Shown: positions 1 to 9,284, counted from the stretch's first letter. The stretch: DNA of 64,000 bases from Desulfurococcaceae archaeon (GCA_038879595.1 JAVZTI010000005.1:10938-74937), one strand, 5' to 3'. Made by a program: numbers and translations. Notes: generated from the sequence alone by a model not told the origin.

Positions 1-133
1 TCCACAACCTGTTTACAGCTAGCTGAACAGCATCGCGGTACAGCCTCAGGAACTCAACTAGTGCGTCATGGTCGTCGCTACCCTTGGGGAGAGCCCTCAT
101 CTTAAGAGTCTCGACGAGCTCTTCACCCTTCAT
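1..133 (-). CDS. 5' end of a TnpB/OrfB-like gene running off the left edge (partial)
   Basis: Minus-strand ATG at 133-131 (alternative GTG at 148-146) opens MKGEELVETLKMRALPKGSDDHDALVEFLRLYRDAVQLAVNRLW.... The N-terminal pattern resembles the 27492..28586 protein, and the stretch is visibly G+C-richer than its neighbours. Too short for a firm call. Confidence 0.35.
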   Translation of the reverse strand, partial: MKGEELVETLKMRALPKGSDDHDALVEFLRLYRDAVQLAVNRLW

Positions 134-211
134 CGAGTAGCTCACCACATCTAGAACTATAGAGTTTAGTTTATAATCTTTTCTCTCCAGTATCTATATA
201 GGTGGATATAT

Positions 212-355
212 ATGGCTAGAGTTGAGCTGGTTAGGTGTAGCGTCATTAAGTATAGGAGAGGGGACTACGTCCTCTACCCACTCGGCAAAGACAAAGAGAA
301 GATCAAGCATCTCCACGGAAAAGAAGTATGCGTGCTAATCGTAGCAGAAGAATAA
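212..355 (+). CDS. 47-aa AbrB/SpoVT-like micro-protein (not in ORF track)
   Basis: ATG 212 to TAA 353-355: MARVELVRCSVIKYRRGDYVLYPLGKDKEKIKHLHGKEVCVLIVAEE. Aligns without gaps to the 48-aa ORF at 27353..27499 (shared G17, Y22, E29, KHLH 32-35, EV 38-39). Confidence 0.45.
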   Translation: MARVELVRCSVIKYRRGDYVLYPLGKDKEKIKHLHGKEVCVLIVAEE

Positions 356-465
356 CATCACCTGATACAAATCTATATGAAACCCGAAACAGTTGCGTTA
401 GGCTAAAGAGTATTTAAGCAAAGCGCACTCGCTCTTGAATCCACTGTAGCCGTTGCATAGGACTT

Positions 466-1140
466 CTAGATTATATGGTAATATTGCTTCTTTCGCAAAT
501 CTTCAACTATGAATAAGTCAAGTCTCTCCGGCCTAGAGCGCCTGGCTTCATTCACCAGCCTTTTTAATGCTTCCTTAGCGTCTCCCAGCAATTCATTAGC
601 TACAGCTACTATTTTACTTAACTCACTTACTGGTGTAATGAAGTCCTCTCCTTTCTTAACCATGTGGATTGCCTTTATTCCGGTCAGCATTTCCACTATT
701 ACCCCCTTGACTTTATGCATTGAAAGCACTCCACTGTGCTTAAATCCAGCTCTTCTAGCTATTCTAAGTAGTTCACCTGCTTCCCTAAGTGATGCTGTTG
801 AAGCATGTATTATTGGGCCTGACACTATGAGCCAAAGTGCTTCAGTGCAAGGCTCTTTAGCAACTCTCAACAGCTCTTCATGAGTTATCGGGGCATGCTT
901 CTTGAATACTACATTAGTCCCCCTCCTGGCCCAAGGCCTACTTGAATCAACTAGCGTTATTCTGCCGCTGCAACTACTTAGAGTATAGGTGTACGGCCTT
1001 AAGTTAAGCTCTATTAGTAGGGGGAGTAAGTCTCTATCCAAGTACCCTATCTCAAGATCTTCCCAAATCCTATTCCAAAAAGTCCTCTTTCTAATCCCCC
1101 ACTTCTCTAAGTCAACAGGCACTAAAAGCCCCCCAGTCAT
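466..1140 (-). CDS. taw3: tRNA wybutosine/wyosine-synthesizing protein 3 (Taw3/TYW3 family methyltransferase)
   Basis: TYW3 signature ...YTLSSCSGRITLVD... and archaeal Taw3 length (224 aa). Confidence 0.8.
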   Translation of the reverse strand: MTGGLLVPVDLEKWGIRKRTFWNRIWEDLEIGYLDRDLLPLLIELNLRPYTYTLSSCSGRITLVDSSRPWARRGTNVVFKKHAPITHEELLRVAKEPCTEALWLIVSGPIIHASTASLREAGELLRIARRAGFKHSGVLSMHKVKGVIVEMLTGIKAIHMVKKGEDFITPVSELSKIVAVANELLGDAKEALKRLVNEARRSRPERLDLFIVEDLRKKQYYHII

Positions 1141-1178
1141 TAGTAGCCTGAAAAGTTAATTATTTAACTTAGAGATGC

Positions 1179-1538
1179 ATGACAATAATAGGGGGCTCAA
1201 TGAATTCGCAAAGCTATATATCAATGGAGGAGTTCTCTAAGCTAGATATTAGAATTGGAGTAATTAAGGATGCTTCAACGATCCCAGGGTCATCGAAGCT
1301 CGTTAAGTTACTAATAGACTTAGGGGATTTAGGGATGAGACAAGTCATAGCTGGAATAGGCTTGTGGTATAAGCCGCAAGAGCTCATTGGCAAGCAAGTT
1401 GCTGTAGTAGTCAATATGCAGCCTAAGAAGATGCTCGGCTTTATAAGCGAAGGAATGATCTTGGCGGCAGATACAGCCAGCGGGCCAGTTCTATTAACAG
1501 TGGAAAAAAGCGTTGAACCAGGCTCTAAAGTTAGGTGA
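1179..1538 (+). CDS. tRNA-binding domain protein (Trbp111/CsaA/MetRS C-terminal-like)
   Basis: KLDIRIGVIKDA...KLVKLLIDLG...RQVIAGI...LIGKQVAVVVNMQPKKMLGFISEGMILAA is the OB-fold tRNA_bind pattern. Confidence 0.8.
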   Translation: MTIIGGSMNSQSYISMEEFSKLDIRIGVIKDASTIPGSSKLVKLLIDLGDLGMRQVIAGIGLWYKPQELIGKQVAVVVNMQPKKMLGFISEGMILAADTASGPVLLTVEKSVEPGSKVR

Positions 1539-1875
1539 AGCTATTGCTAAGGCCTTCGTCTATAAATTCTTCATCCTTAAATAATGCTAATATTGGGTGA
1601 ATCATGAAGGGCTTAAACTCTCTGCTTACTTCAAAAACAAAAGATGCGTTTAGTGAAACGCACTTAGCGTGTATCAAGTACACGCCGCTGCTCTTAGCGA
1701 CTCCATCCACAATTACTTCCTCACAAGCTTCTTCAATAGCGCTCCAACATGAAATAGGGTCATCACTAACTATTACTTCCACTCCATCTAAGGTAGCCGA
1801 CGCAGTGCAAGCATCATTAATGAGCCTCACAAGCCTACTAGCTAAATTATATGAGTACTCTCTGCCCTCACCCAT
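1531..1875 (-). CDS. hypothetical protein
   Basis: 114-aa ORF with balanced, charged composition. Preferred over the Ser/Thr/Leu-rich antisense ORF 1604..1918. Confidence 0.4.
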   Translation of the reverse strand: MGEGREYSYNLASRLVRLINDACTASATLDGVEVIVSDDPISCWSAIEEACEEVIVDGVAKSSGVYLIHAKCVSLNASFVFEVSREFKPFMIHPILALFKDEEFIDEGLSNSFT

Positions 1876-1943
1876 TGATATAACCCTCTCTGCTAAAAGA
1901 ATAGTTACACAACTCTAGAGCTTTATTTAGAGGGGTCAATTGC

Positions 1944-2306
1944 TTGGCCATTCACTTATTTGAGTTGAAAAATAAAGTTGTAAGAAGCCCTACAAGCTCA
2001 GAGTTATGTGAAGCTGTTTATACGTTGACACAATTGCTTAACTTAGGGGAAGTAACTTCATACAGTGACTTAGCTAAACTGCTGGGAGTTCATCCAAGGA
2101 TTGTAGCCACATGTCTTAAACACAATTACCATGTAATAGCTATACCATGCCATAGGGTTGTTTACAAAAACCTAATGCTAGGTGGATATAGCCTTGGGAA
2201 AGCATTGAAAGAGAAGTTATTGAAGCTAGAGGGCGTCTCAATAACTAATGGAAGAGCGTCAAAGAACTCGTATAGGTGTCTAAGCAAAGAGCTTCTTGAC
2301 GACTAA
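1944..2306 (+). CDS. MGMT-family protein (O6-alkylguanine-DNA alkyltransferase DNA-binding/active-site domain only)
   Basis: Active-site motif IPCHRVV plus the preceding helix-turn-helix (YSDLAKLLGVHPRIVATCLK). At 120 aa it lacks the N-terminal domain. Confidence 0.75.
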   Translation: MAIHLFELKNKVVRSPTSSELCEAVYTLTQLLNLGEVTSYSDLAKLLGVHPRIVATCLKHNYHVIAIPCHRVVYKNLMLGGYSLGKALKEKLLKLEGVSITNGRASKNSYRCLSKELLDD

Positions 2307-2369
2307 GCAAGTTTATTGAAGCATTCATTCAACATCTTTTTAAGCTGGCGGTAAGCTATAGTTATTTGG

Positions 2370-2618
2370 ATGACTAACTTGGCTAAAGTAATAGCCTATG
2401 TATTGGCAATAGTTACTACTGGAAAGGAGTACGAAGTTCTAGAAGTAATAAAGTCATTTCCACACGTTACTGAAGCCATAGCAGTCTTTGGAGAATTTGA
2501 CGTAGCTATTCGCTTAGAGGCAGATTCATTAAGTGACATAGACTCCATTGTGACAAGGATAAGGAGCATACCTGAAGTAAAGAGGACAGTGACTTTAGTT
2601 GGTTCAAAAGCTGCATAA
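2370..2618 (+). CDS. stand-alone Lrp/AsnC-type ligand-binding (RAM) domain protein
   Basis: 82 aa. VIAYVLAIVTTGKEYEVLEVIKSFPHVTEAIAVFGEFDVAIRLEA...IRSIPEVKRTVTLV matches the AsnC C-terminal domain layout. Confidence 0.7.
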   Translation: MTNLAKVIAYVLAIVTTGKEYEVLEVIKSFPHVTEAIAVFGEFDVAIRLEADSLSDIDSIVTRIRSIPEVKRTVTLVGSKAA

Positions 2619-2704
2619 ACAATAACGCGAACTTTAAGTACTTTAAGCAAAGAACACTTTACTTATAAGAATGAAGGCGGACTCGTTCTGGAATGAAATA
2701 AGTG

Positions 2705-3307
2705 CTAATACAACTCGTGGAGTTGTACATGGATTGAGTCATCTACGTCTATCAATGAGTAAAAGCCATGCATTAATGGACCGGGGTTTATGACGAGCGA
2801 TCCACTGTACTTGCTTACTCCTCTAGCTTCATGAATGTGCCCGTGAATTACTAGCCTAGGAGAGTACTTATCTACAAAGTCCCTCAAGATCTTTAGGCCT
2901 GCGTGAAGCCCTTTGTAAGTAAAGTCGTTTACTCCCTTCAAGGGGTGATGACTCAAGAGTATGTCAAGCCTCTTACCTCCTCCACTAATCTTCTTCTCAA
3001 CGATCTCTAAGTTAGTCCTTAATGACATTGCTCCAATACCTGCTATAGTTATGTTTTTAAAATCAACTACTTCGCCATCAATAGCTATGCCAGCTGACTT
3101 CATTGTTCTATACACGAAGACTTCATCCATGTTACCCGTTACTCCATAGATCTTAACGCCTGATTTAACTAACGCCTCAAGAGGCTCAATGCACTCTACA
3201 TCGCCAGCTAAAAGAATTAAGTCAGCTTCAATGGATAAAGCTTTACTTATGAGTAAAGTAGTGTAGTGATAGTTGCAGTGTAAATCACTTATACCAACGA
3301 TCTTCAC
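2705..3307 (-). CDS. metallophosphoesterase (calcineurin-like)
   Basis: Motifs GISDLH, GDVE, GNMD and HGHIHE in canonical order. Confidence 0.8.
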   Translation of the reverse strand: MKIVGISDLHCNYHYTTLLISKALSIEADLILLAGDVECIEPLEALVKSGVKIYGVTGNMDEVFVYRTMKSAGIAIDGEVVDFKNITIAGIGAMSLRTNLEIVEKKISGGGKRLDILLSHHPLKGVNDFTYKGLHAGLKILRDFVDKYSPRLVIHGHIHEARGVSKYSGSLVINPGPLMHGFYSLIDVDDSIHVQLHELY

Positions 3308-3310
3308 TAC

Positions 3311-3880
3311 TTACACCTCCAAGTACTTATCCAATAGCTTATTGAGAAGCTCTAGGCTTTTAGAGGAATCCCCGTAGTCGTATTCAATGAATTCTAGCCT
3401 TATGCCTCTGGCCTCCAGCTCCTTCATTAACTCATTTATAAAGACTCCTCTATTCTGCGCTTTTACGCTCAAAGAAGCCCTCCTCGGATCCCCCATCCAT
3501 TCACTTGATGAAGCTGTAGTAAGTACTCCACAGGAAGGGCTTCCAGCTATACCCACTATTCCCACGACCTTTACATAGTTCTTCAAGTACTCCTCTATGT
3601 AGTCAGCTATTTGTCTAGATAGCTTTCTACAAAACCTCCTATAACTTGGATTATCGTATTGTTCTTTAACGCTCCAGAATCTTCTGTATCCAGCGTAAAG
3701 TAGCTCTGGGCAAGGCATTTGTAACAGCCCAGCTCCCTTACTATAGGCTAATTCAACAACTTCCTTAACTAACGCAGTTTGTTTAGCTGCTCCATACACT
3801 CTACTGTTTTGGTTTAAGAGGCAGTGAGCTACTATAATGACTCTCCCTCCTCTAGCATCGTGTGAGCTCACTTTAAACAC
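3311..3880 (-). CDS. DUF523-family protein (2-thiouracil desulfurase-like Fe-S protein)
   Basis: HCLLNQNSRV..., MPCPE and GSPSCGV cysteine motifs in the DUF523 order. Confidence 0.6.
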   Translation of the reverse strand: MFKVSSHDARGGRVIIVAHCLLNQNSRVYGAAKQTALVKEVVELAYSKGAGLLQMPCPELLYAGYRRFWSVKEQYDNPSYRRFCRKLSRQIADYIEEYLKNYVKVVGIVGIAGSPSCGVLTTASSSEWMGDPRRASLSVKAQNRGVFINELMKELEARGIRLEFIEYDYGDSSKSLELLNKLLDKYLEV

Positions 3881-3895
3881 CCAGCCTCATGGGAT

Positions 3896-4789
3896 TTAAT
3901 TAACCTTGCTACAATAAGTATCTAATACTACTTGGTACTTCCTAGGCCCCACCATTCTAACCACTCTGCTGTAAATTACTTTGCAGTCAAGCCCGTACTC
4001 AATGCATTTACTGTAGAAAGCTTTTTCAGCAACTATCCTTGGATCTTCATTTATGATGGGTTTAACGTGTAGGTATAAGTGCACTATCCCACGATCTCTT
4101 AGTGCCTTAACTGCGTGAGGCAGATATGGTAGAGCTAGATCTGGTAGAGGCATGAGAACTCTATCACTTGTACTAACTAGCTTTTCATCAATTACTCTAG
4201 CTGCGTCACCCAGGTACGGCAGGACTATTCCCTCAACCTTATTTAACAACACGTTATCAACCATGTATTGATATGCTGCTGGATTTATATCTATACTATG
4301 TACAGCCCGCGGCTTAGAGTACTTAGCTATTACTATAGAGAAAGTTCCTACACCAGCAAACATGTTTGTAACTACTTCACCTTCTTTCACAAGCTTCGCC
4401 ACTCTCATATGTTCATAACTCAGCCTTGGAGTTAGAAAGACTTTAGTTATGTCTATTTTAAATAAACACCCATATTCTTTATAAATAGTTTCACTCCTCA
4501 TATCGCCAGCTAAATGGATATAGCTTCTAACTCTATATTCACCCCCTACTCCAGGAAAAGCAGCCCAAACACTCTTTACTCTAGGGACTTCTCTCAGCAG
4601 AGCTTCAGCTAAAGGCCTAAGATCTTTTGGTGAAAGACTGAAAGGCACTTTTATTACAGCAATATCGCCAATGAACTCTACTCTACTCCAAACTCTCTTA
4701 GCAAGATCTTCTCCAAGAACTTCTATAGCCAGCCTCTTAAGTAGAGGAATTCGCCTCCGCCCTTCCTTCACGCTTCCGCCCCTTTTCAC
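3896..4789 (-). CDS. trm5: tRNA (guanine37-N1)-methyltransferase Trm5/Taw22 family (Met-10+ like)
   Basis: Class I SAM methyltransferase motifs NMFAGVGTFSI and DINPAA. A 53-nt overlap with the upstream ORF suggests a later start. Confidence 0.8.
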   Translation of the reverse strand: MKRGGSVKEGRRRIPLLKRLAIEVLGEDLAKRVWSRVEFIGDIAVIKVPFSLSPKDLRPLAEALLREVPRVKSVWAAFPGVGGEYRVRSYIHLAGDMRSETIYKEYGCLFKIDITKVFLTPRLSYEHMRVAKLVKEGEVVTNMFAGVGTFSIVIAKYSKPRAVHSIDINPAAYQYMVDNVLLNKVEGIVLPYLGDAARVIDEKLVSTSDRVLMPLPDLALPYLPHAVKALRDRGIVHLYLHVKPIINEDPRIVAEKAFYSKCIEYGLDCKVIYSRVVRMVGPRKYQVVLDTYCSKVN

Positions 4790-5519
4790 TAAAATACTTA
4801 CACCAGGGCCTTAGTGAACAACTTATGCAGAGGGGTTTCCTAGATCTACATATCTGCCTCCCGTGAGTAATCAATAGGAGGTGGGCTTCAAGGTATTCAG
4901 CTGGCTTAAGGATCTCCATCCAAGTTCTTCTAACATCATAGTAGCTCCTCCTCGAGATCAATCCAAGCCTCTCAGTAATTCTAGCTATATGAGTGTCCAC
5001 TGGAAAAACGCTCTTCCCAAAGTACATCAGTAAGATGACGTCAGCAGTCTTAGGACCTATGCCAGGCATTTCCAGTAAAACCTTATGTGCTTCACTAGGG
5101 TCAGCAGCGCTTAGCAATTGCTTAAGCCTTTCCTCAAAACCTTCCTCTGAAAATAACTTAGCTAACTTAAGTATTACTCTAGCTCTCACGTTATTCATTC
5201 CAGCTGGCTTAATTACGTTAGCTAACTCCTCGACGCTGTAACTTAAGACATGCTTTGGCTCAACTACTCCTCCAAGAGCTCTACAGAGGCTTTCATATGC
5301 TCTAAATGCATTCTTATCACTTGTATTCTGGCTAAGCACTATTCCAACAATGAATTCATAGAGGCTCCTCTTCTTCACTCTAGACACTATGAATTCCTCA
5401 AGATTTATTCCTCCATGCATATCCCTAAGCTTCTCTAAGATAAGCGACCCTAGATCTTTGCTCAAAACAATCACTTTACGGATATATCTTTCCAGGCATT
5501 CTTGGGAAAGGAGTGGCAT
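4737..5519 (-). CDS. nth: endonuclease III-like HhH-GPD DNA glycosylase with 4Fe-4S cluster loop
   Basis: HhH motif LLEMPGIGPKTADVILL, VDTHIARITERLG, and the C-terminal motif CRSRKPLCISCSLRPWC. The start probably lies downstream of the AsnRS overlap. Confidence 0.8.
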   Translation of the reverse strand: MPLLSQECLERYIRKVIVLSKDLGSLILEKLRDMHGGINLEEFIVSRVKKRSLYEFIVGIVLSQNTSDKNAFRAYESLCRALGGVVEPKHVLSYSVEELANVIKPAGMNNVRARVILKLAKLFSEEGFEERLKQLLSAADPSEAHKVLLEMPGIGPKTADVILLMYFGKSVFPVDTHIARITERLGLISRRSYYDVRRTWMEILKPAEYLEAHLLLITHGRQICRSRKPLCISCSLRPWCKYFSEKGRKREGRAEANSST

Positions 5520-6813
5520 CCCTTATGTGCTCAAGACCGGCTATCCACATCACTAACCTCTCAATTCCTAATCCAAAGCCGCTGTGTGGAACACTGCCAT
5601 ACTTACGTAGATCTAGATACCATTTATATTCATCAATGCTGTAGCCTTCCTCAATTATCCTATTTAAAAGCTTTTGATAATCATCTTCCCTCTGGCTTCC
5701 ACCAATTATTTCTCCATAACCTTCTGGAGCCAGTAAGTCGAATCCAAGAGCAATCTCAGGGTTTTCCTCATCTAACTTCATGTAAAAGCTCTTCACTTTC
5801 TTTGGGAAGTGAGTAATGAAGAATGGTTTATCAAAGTACTCTGTGAGAACTCTCTCTTCATCTGCTCCAAAATCATCCCCCCACCTTATTTTAAAACCCC
5901 TTCTCTGAAGCATTTCAATAGCTTCATCATACCTAATCCTTGGGTAAGGAGTCTTAGTAGAGTTCTCCAGGATCCTGGTATCTCTCTTAAGGAATTGGAG
6001 TTGATCGGCGTTCTCCTCAAGGACTCTCTTAATTATGTATGATACAAGCTCTTCAGATACCTTCATTACGTCATCCATAGTGTACCAAGCTGCTTCAAGC
6101 TCTAAGTGCCAGTACTCAGTTAAGTGCCTCCTAGTTCTACTTAGTTCAGCTCTAAAGCTTGGCGTAAGACTCCACACTTTCTCCAAGCTGTAGATGAGTG
6201 CTTCAAGGTATAACTGAGCACTTTGGCTTAAGTAAGCCTTTCTATCAAAGTACTTTACTTCAAATAGAGTTGCTCCTCCTTCACACGCTGATGCTGTTAA
6301 TATTGGAGGCGTTGTCTCCCACCAACCGTTGTTGGTAAGCCACTCTCTAGCAGCCTTAAGCACAGTACTCTTGATCTTCATTACTTCAGTTAAATACCTA
6401 CTCCTAAGCCATAAGTGCCTGTTATCTAGTAAGTAATCTACTCCCTCCCCTCCTTTTATTGGAAAGTCACTTGAAACTCCACTTACTTTCAGCTCTACGA
6501 CCTCGACTTCGTATCCTGTTGGAGCCCTAGGTTCTTTCTTAACTCTACCGCGTACTTCAATACTTGTCTCTAAACCTAGTTTCTCAGCTAATGAATATAT
6601 TTTTGGAAGTAATGCACCATCAATAACGCACTGCACTATGTTAGTGCTATCCCTTAACACTATGAATACTTTTTTACCAACAACTCTATGTCTATACACC
6701 CAGCCCCTTAATGTAACCTCTAAGCCTACGGCTTCATCCTTAAGGATTTCCTTAACCTTGTAGACCACCATACGTACACCGTTAAAATCCATTAACCCCC
6801 TCTTTTCAAACAC
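5476..6813 (-). CDS. asnS: asparagine--tRNA ligase (class IIb)
   Basis: FRAE.SRTRRHLTEYWHLELE, PHSGFGLGIERLVMWI and a C-terminal FPR. These motifs fit AsnRS better than AspRS. Confidence 0.75.
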   Translation of the reverse strand: MFEKRGLMDFNGVRMVVYKVKEILKDEAVGLEVTLRGWVYRHRVVGKKVFIVLRDSTNIVQCVIDGALLPKIYSLAEKLGLETSIEVRGRVKKEPRAPTGYEVEVVELKVSGVSSDFPIKGGEGVDYLLDNRHLWLRSRYLTEVMKIKSTVLKAAREWLTNNGWWETTPPILTASACEGGATLFEVKYFDRKAYLSQSAQLYLEALIYSLEKVWSLTPSFRAELSRTRRHLTEYWHLELEAAWYTMDDVMKVSEELVSYIIKRVLEENADQLQFLKRDTRILENSTKTPYPRIRYDEAIEMLQRRGFKIRWGDDFGADEERVLTEYFDKPFFITHFPKKVKSFYMKLDEENPEIALGFDLLAPEGYGEIIGGSQREDDYQKLLNRIIEEGYSIDEYKWYLDLRKYGSVPHSGFGLGIERLVMWIAGLEHIRDATPFPRMPGKIYP

Positions 6814-6911
6814 TATGTTGTTAAGGCTTAAAAATAATTTCTACGTCTATAAAGTCATCAATTCCAACAATGAAGGAGGGTGCATTACAATACTTGCATT
6901 TTCTGGAAGCA

Positions 6912-7649
6912 TTAAACGCGGTTCTTTAACGCCATGAGTTCCCTGACGATCTCGAGGCTAGCTCTATCGCCAAGCATGTTCCAATAAATGCCCTTAGGCC
7001 TCCATCCACGTGCCTTAACTCTTATGAGCTTGCTTGGCGTAGAAATTACATCGACAGTCAAGTCGTGGAGTTCCATGGGTATGCCCTCTACAATCTGAAG
7101 ATCATGTACATTTGTAACTATAGGGGTTCTCTCATCTATAACACCTAACTCCCTTAAGATGCCGTATTCAAGTTCAGAATAACCTCCGCCTTTACCTAGT
7201 CTACGACCCTCTCGATCTACTGCTACGCAACCTGTTACCACTAAGTCTATTGCTGGAATCTCATTTAACTTCAACTTCCTTCCATAAGCAAGTGCACCTC
7301 TTATAGTTGAGGCATACTTAATTCTTGAGCTAGGTATACTCCTTGGATCAAGAATTACGAATCCATTCATCAATCTTGGAGTAGCCATTATAACTATTTT
7401 GCCCTCAGCTAAAGCCCTCTCCCTCAATATTCTTTGAGGAGAATCTGGATTGACTTTAACAACTCTAGCGCTCATCCATAGATCAGTTTTAACTATCCTT
7501 AAGCCAGCTTCTTCAGCCCCCATGAAGTTTGGTATCCTCCCATACACAGGCCTTGGAAATCTAGCTATATTTAATTCCTCAAGCATCCTCCATACAGCTT
7601 TACGTAGCTCAGCCTTTCTCTCCTTGACTGATTTCAAGTAATTCTCCAC
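6912..7649 (-). CDS. 5-formyltetrahydrofolate cyclo-ligase family protein
   Basis: N-terminal KERKAELRKAVW helix and GRRLGKGGGYSELEY motif. Confidence 0.7.
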   Translation of the reverse strand: MENYLKSVKERKAELRKAVWRMLEELNIARFPRPVYGRIPNFMGAEEAGLRIVKTDLWMSARVVKVNPDSPQRILRERALAEGKIVIMATPRLMNGFVILDPRSIPSSRIKYASTIRGALAYGRKLKLNEIPAIDLVVTGCVAVDREGRRLGKGGGYSELEYGILRELGVIDERTPIVTNVHDLQIVEGIPMELHDLTVDVISTPSKLIRVKARGWRPKGIYWNMLGDRASLEIVRELMALKNRV

Positions 7650-7770
7650 TTAAATACACCACTTACTTATTAATTACTTAGTTAAAACCAATATTTTCTT
7701 TCATTAATAGAAAAATTCATGTTTTTATGCAGGAGTCCATTGTTACTTAAATATTAGTAAGTTCATTCCT

Positions 7771-8460
7771 ATGCTATGGTGCTATAACTTGGTTGAATAC
7801 TTTATTGAGAAAGGACCTGCATACGCTATATTAAAGCTTAAACTGAGCCCTGGAGAAAGCATTACTCTAGAGCCAGGTGCGTACATTCTTCACAAAGGAG
7901 ATATTGAAGTTAAAACGAGCAGTGGAGGAGTTATGAAGGGGTTGGCTAGAGCCATGCTGGGCGGCGAAAGCTTATTTTTAAACACTCTGATTGCTAAGAG
8001 CTCAGCTGAAATATGGGCAACGCCAAGCTCTCCTGGAGACATAAGAGCCGTTGAATTAAGAGGTCAAGAACTCTTCATACAAGATACAAGCTACTTAGCT
8101 CACTATGGTGACATAGAGCTCACAGTTGGGTGGCGGGGCCTTAAAGGGCTCTTAGCTGAAGGACAACTCGTATGGTTGAAGGCCTATGGCAATGGCGTAG
8201 TATTCATAAACTCCTATGGAGCTATAGAAGAAGTAAACTTAGGGCCTGGTGAGAGAATAACTGTAGATAACAACCACTTCGTAGCCATGGACTCCAGCGT
8301 TAAGTGGAGAGCTAGGAAATTCGGTGGGTTAAAAACCTTCATACTTGGAGGCGAAGGCATAGTGTTCGACGTTGAAGGCCCTGGGAAAATATGGATTCAG
8401 ACAAGAACTCTTCCAGCATTAGCTCAACTGCTCCAGAGATTCCTTAAGCAAAGCAAGTAA
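7771..8460 (+). CDS. AIM24/TIGR00266-family protein
   Basis: GGESLFLNT..., GGEGIVFDVEGPGKIWIQTRTL and the repeated beta pattern typical of the family. Confidence 0.6.
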   Translation: MLWCYNLVEYFIEKGPAYAILKLKLSPGESITLEPGAYILHKGDIEVKTSSGGVMKGLARAMLGGESLFLNTLIAKSSAEIWATPSSPGDIRAVELRGQELFIQDTSYLAHYGDIELTVGWRGLKGLLAEGQLVWLKAYGNGVVFINSYGAIEEVNLGPGERITVDNNHFVAMDSSVKWRARKFGGLKTFILGGEGIVFDVEGPGKIWIQTRTLPALAQLLQRFLKQSK

Positions 8461-8474
8461 TTAATGTTTTTATG

Positions 8475-9227
8475 TTAAATGCTCTTAGGTGCAAGTAAGT
8501 ACTTTATAACTCCTTCTCCAGCTATCCTAAACTCAAGGTATAATGGTGCATCGCTAGAGAACTTGAGAGTTATTGACTCAGATACTCCAGTTAATGAAAG
8601 CACTTTTTCTAAGTATTCTAGGCTATAAGCAGATCTAGATGGCTTACTAACTGAAAGGCTTATTAATGAAGGCATGCTTGCAGTGATCTTTGTTTCAACT
8701 CTTGTAGCATTAACCCCCCTTATGATTAAAGTGCTCTCATCACTTGCCTCAAATTCAACTGTGTCTCCAACTACTTCAGCGTCCCTTATGGCGGTTTTAA
8801 ATGCTTCAGCAAGCAGCATTGCTTCAACGTCAAACTCAAGGCTTAGCTCAGGGATTTCAGGTACTTGTACATCAATGTTTCTAAAGGAGTACTTTCTCCT
8901 AAGCTGAGACTCTACAGCTATATTGATGTAGTCGCCCACGCTACTTATCTCCAATTGATCACCTTTCTTAAGCTTCTTAAGTACTTTAACTAAGTTAGCT
9001 ACGCTGACTCCAACAACTTCCTCTCCGCTAACTTCATATGTTACAAAACTGCCTGCAGGTAAAATTATGTCAATTAGGGATACTTTAGCTGGATCTAGCG
9101 CTTTTATTGATACCCCCTCCTCACTAATCCTAATGGCGACTTCATCAACTACTTTTGATACTGCTTCAATAATGCTTCTAAAGTACTTTGCTTCAGGATA
9201 GATGACTTTAAATGTCAATCGAAACAC
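8475..9227 (-). CDS. pcn: DNA polymerase sliding clamp (PCNA)
   Basis: 250 aa. N-terminus MFRLTFKVIYPEAKYFRSIIEAVSKVVDEVAIRISEEGVSIKALDPAKVSLIDI is the classic archaeal PCNA pattern. Confidence 0.85.
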   Translation of the reverse strand: MFRLTFKVIYPEAKYFRSIIEAVSKVVDEVAIRISEEGVSIKALDPAKVSLIDIILPAGSFVTYEVSGEEVVGVSVANLVKVLKKLKKGDQLEISSVGDYINIAVESQLRRKYSFRNIDVQVPEIPELSLEFDVEAMLLAEAFKTAIRDAEVVGDTVEFEASDESTLIIRGVNATRVETKITASMPSLISLSVSKPSRSAYSLEYLEKVLSLTGVSESITLKFSSDAPLYLEFRIAGEGVIKYLLAPKSI

Positions 9228-9284
9228 CTCTACTCATAGTGGAGGAATAAAGTTAAATAAATGTTTTGGAGTTAAGTAAGGAGG

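Noticed and set aside
362-392. Motif CTGTTTCGG[G/T]TTTCATAT...TTT shared between 362-392 (minus strand) and 31051-31081 (plus strand), considered as possible mobile-element ends or att sites.
   Set aside because: It is about 18 nt with one mismatch plus scattered matches. In a 64-kb AT-rich window searched on both strands, a hit of this quality is expected by chance at roughly order one. No second supporting feature was found. Worth a computational repeat scan only.
509-883. Long ORFs antisense to well-supported genes (509..883+, 1604..1918+, 10262..10579-, 10583..10927-, 18007..18345-, 29130..29654-, 41828..42211-, 62366..62812- and similar).
   Set aside because: Each lies wholly inside a gene with clear family motifs on the other strand. 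Their translations are Ser/Leu/Thr/Pro-rich with no motifs, which is typical of shadow ORFs.
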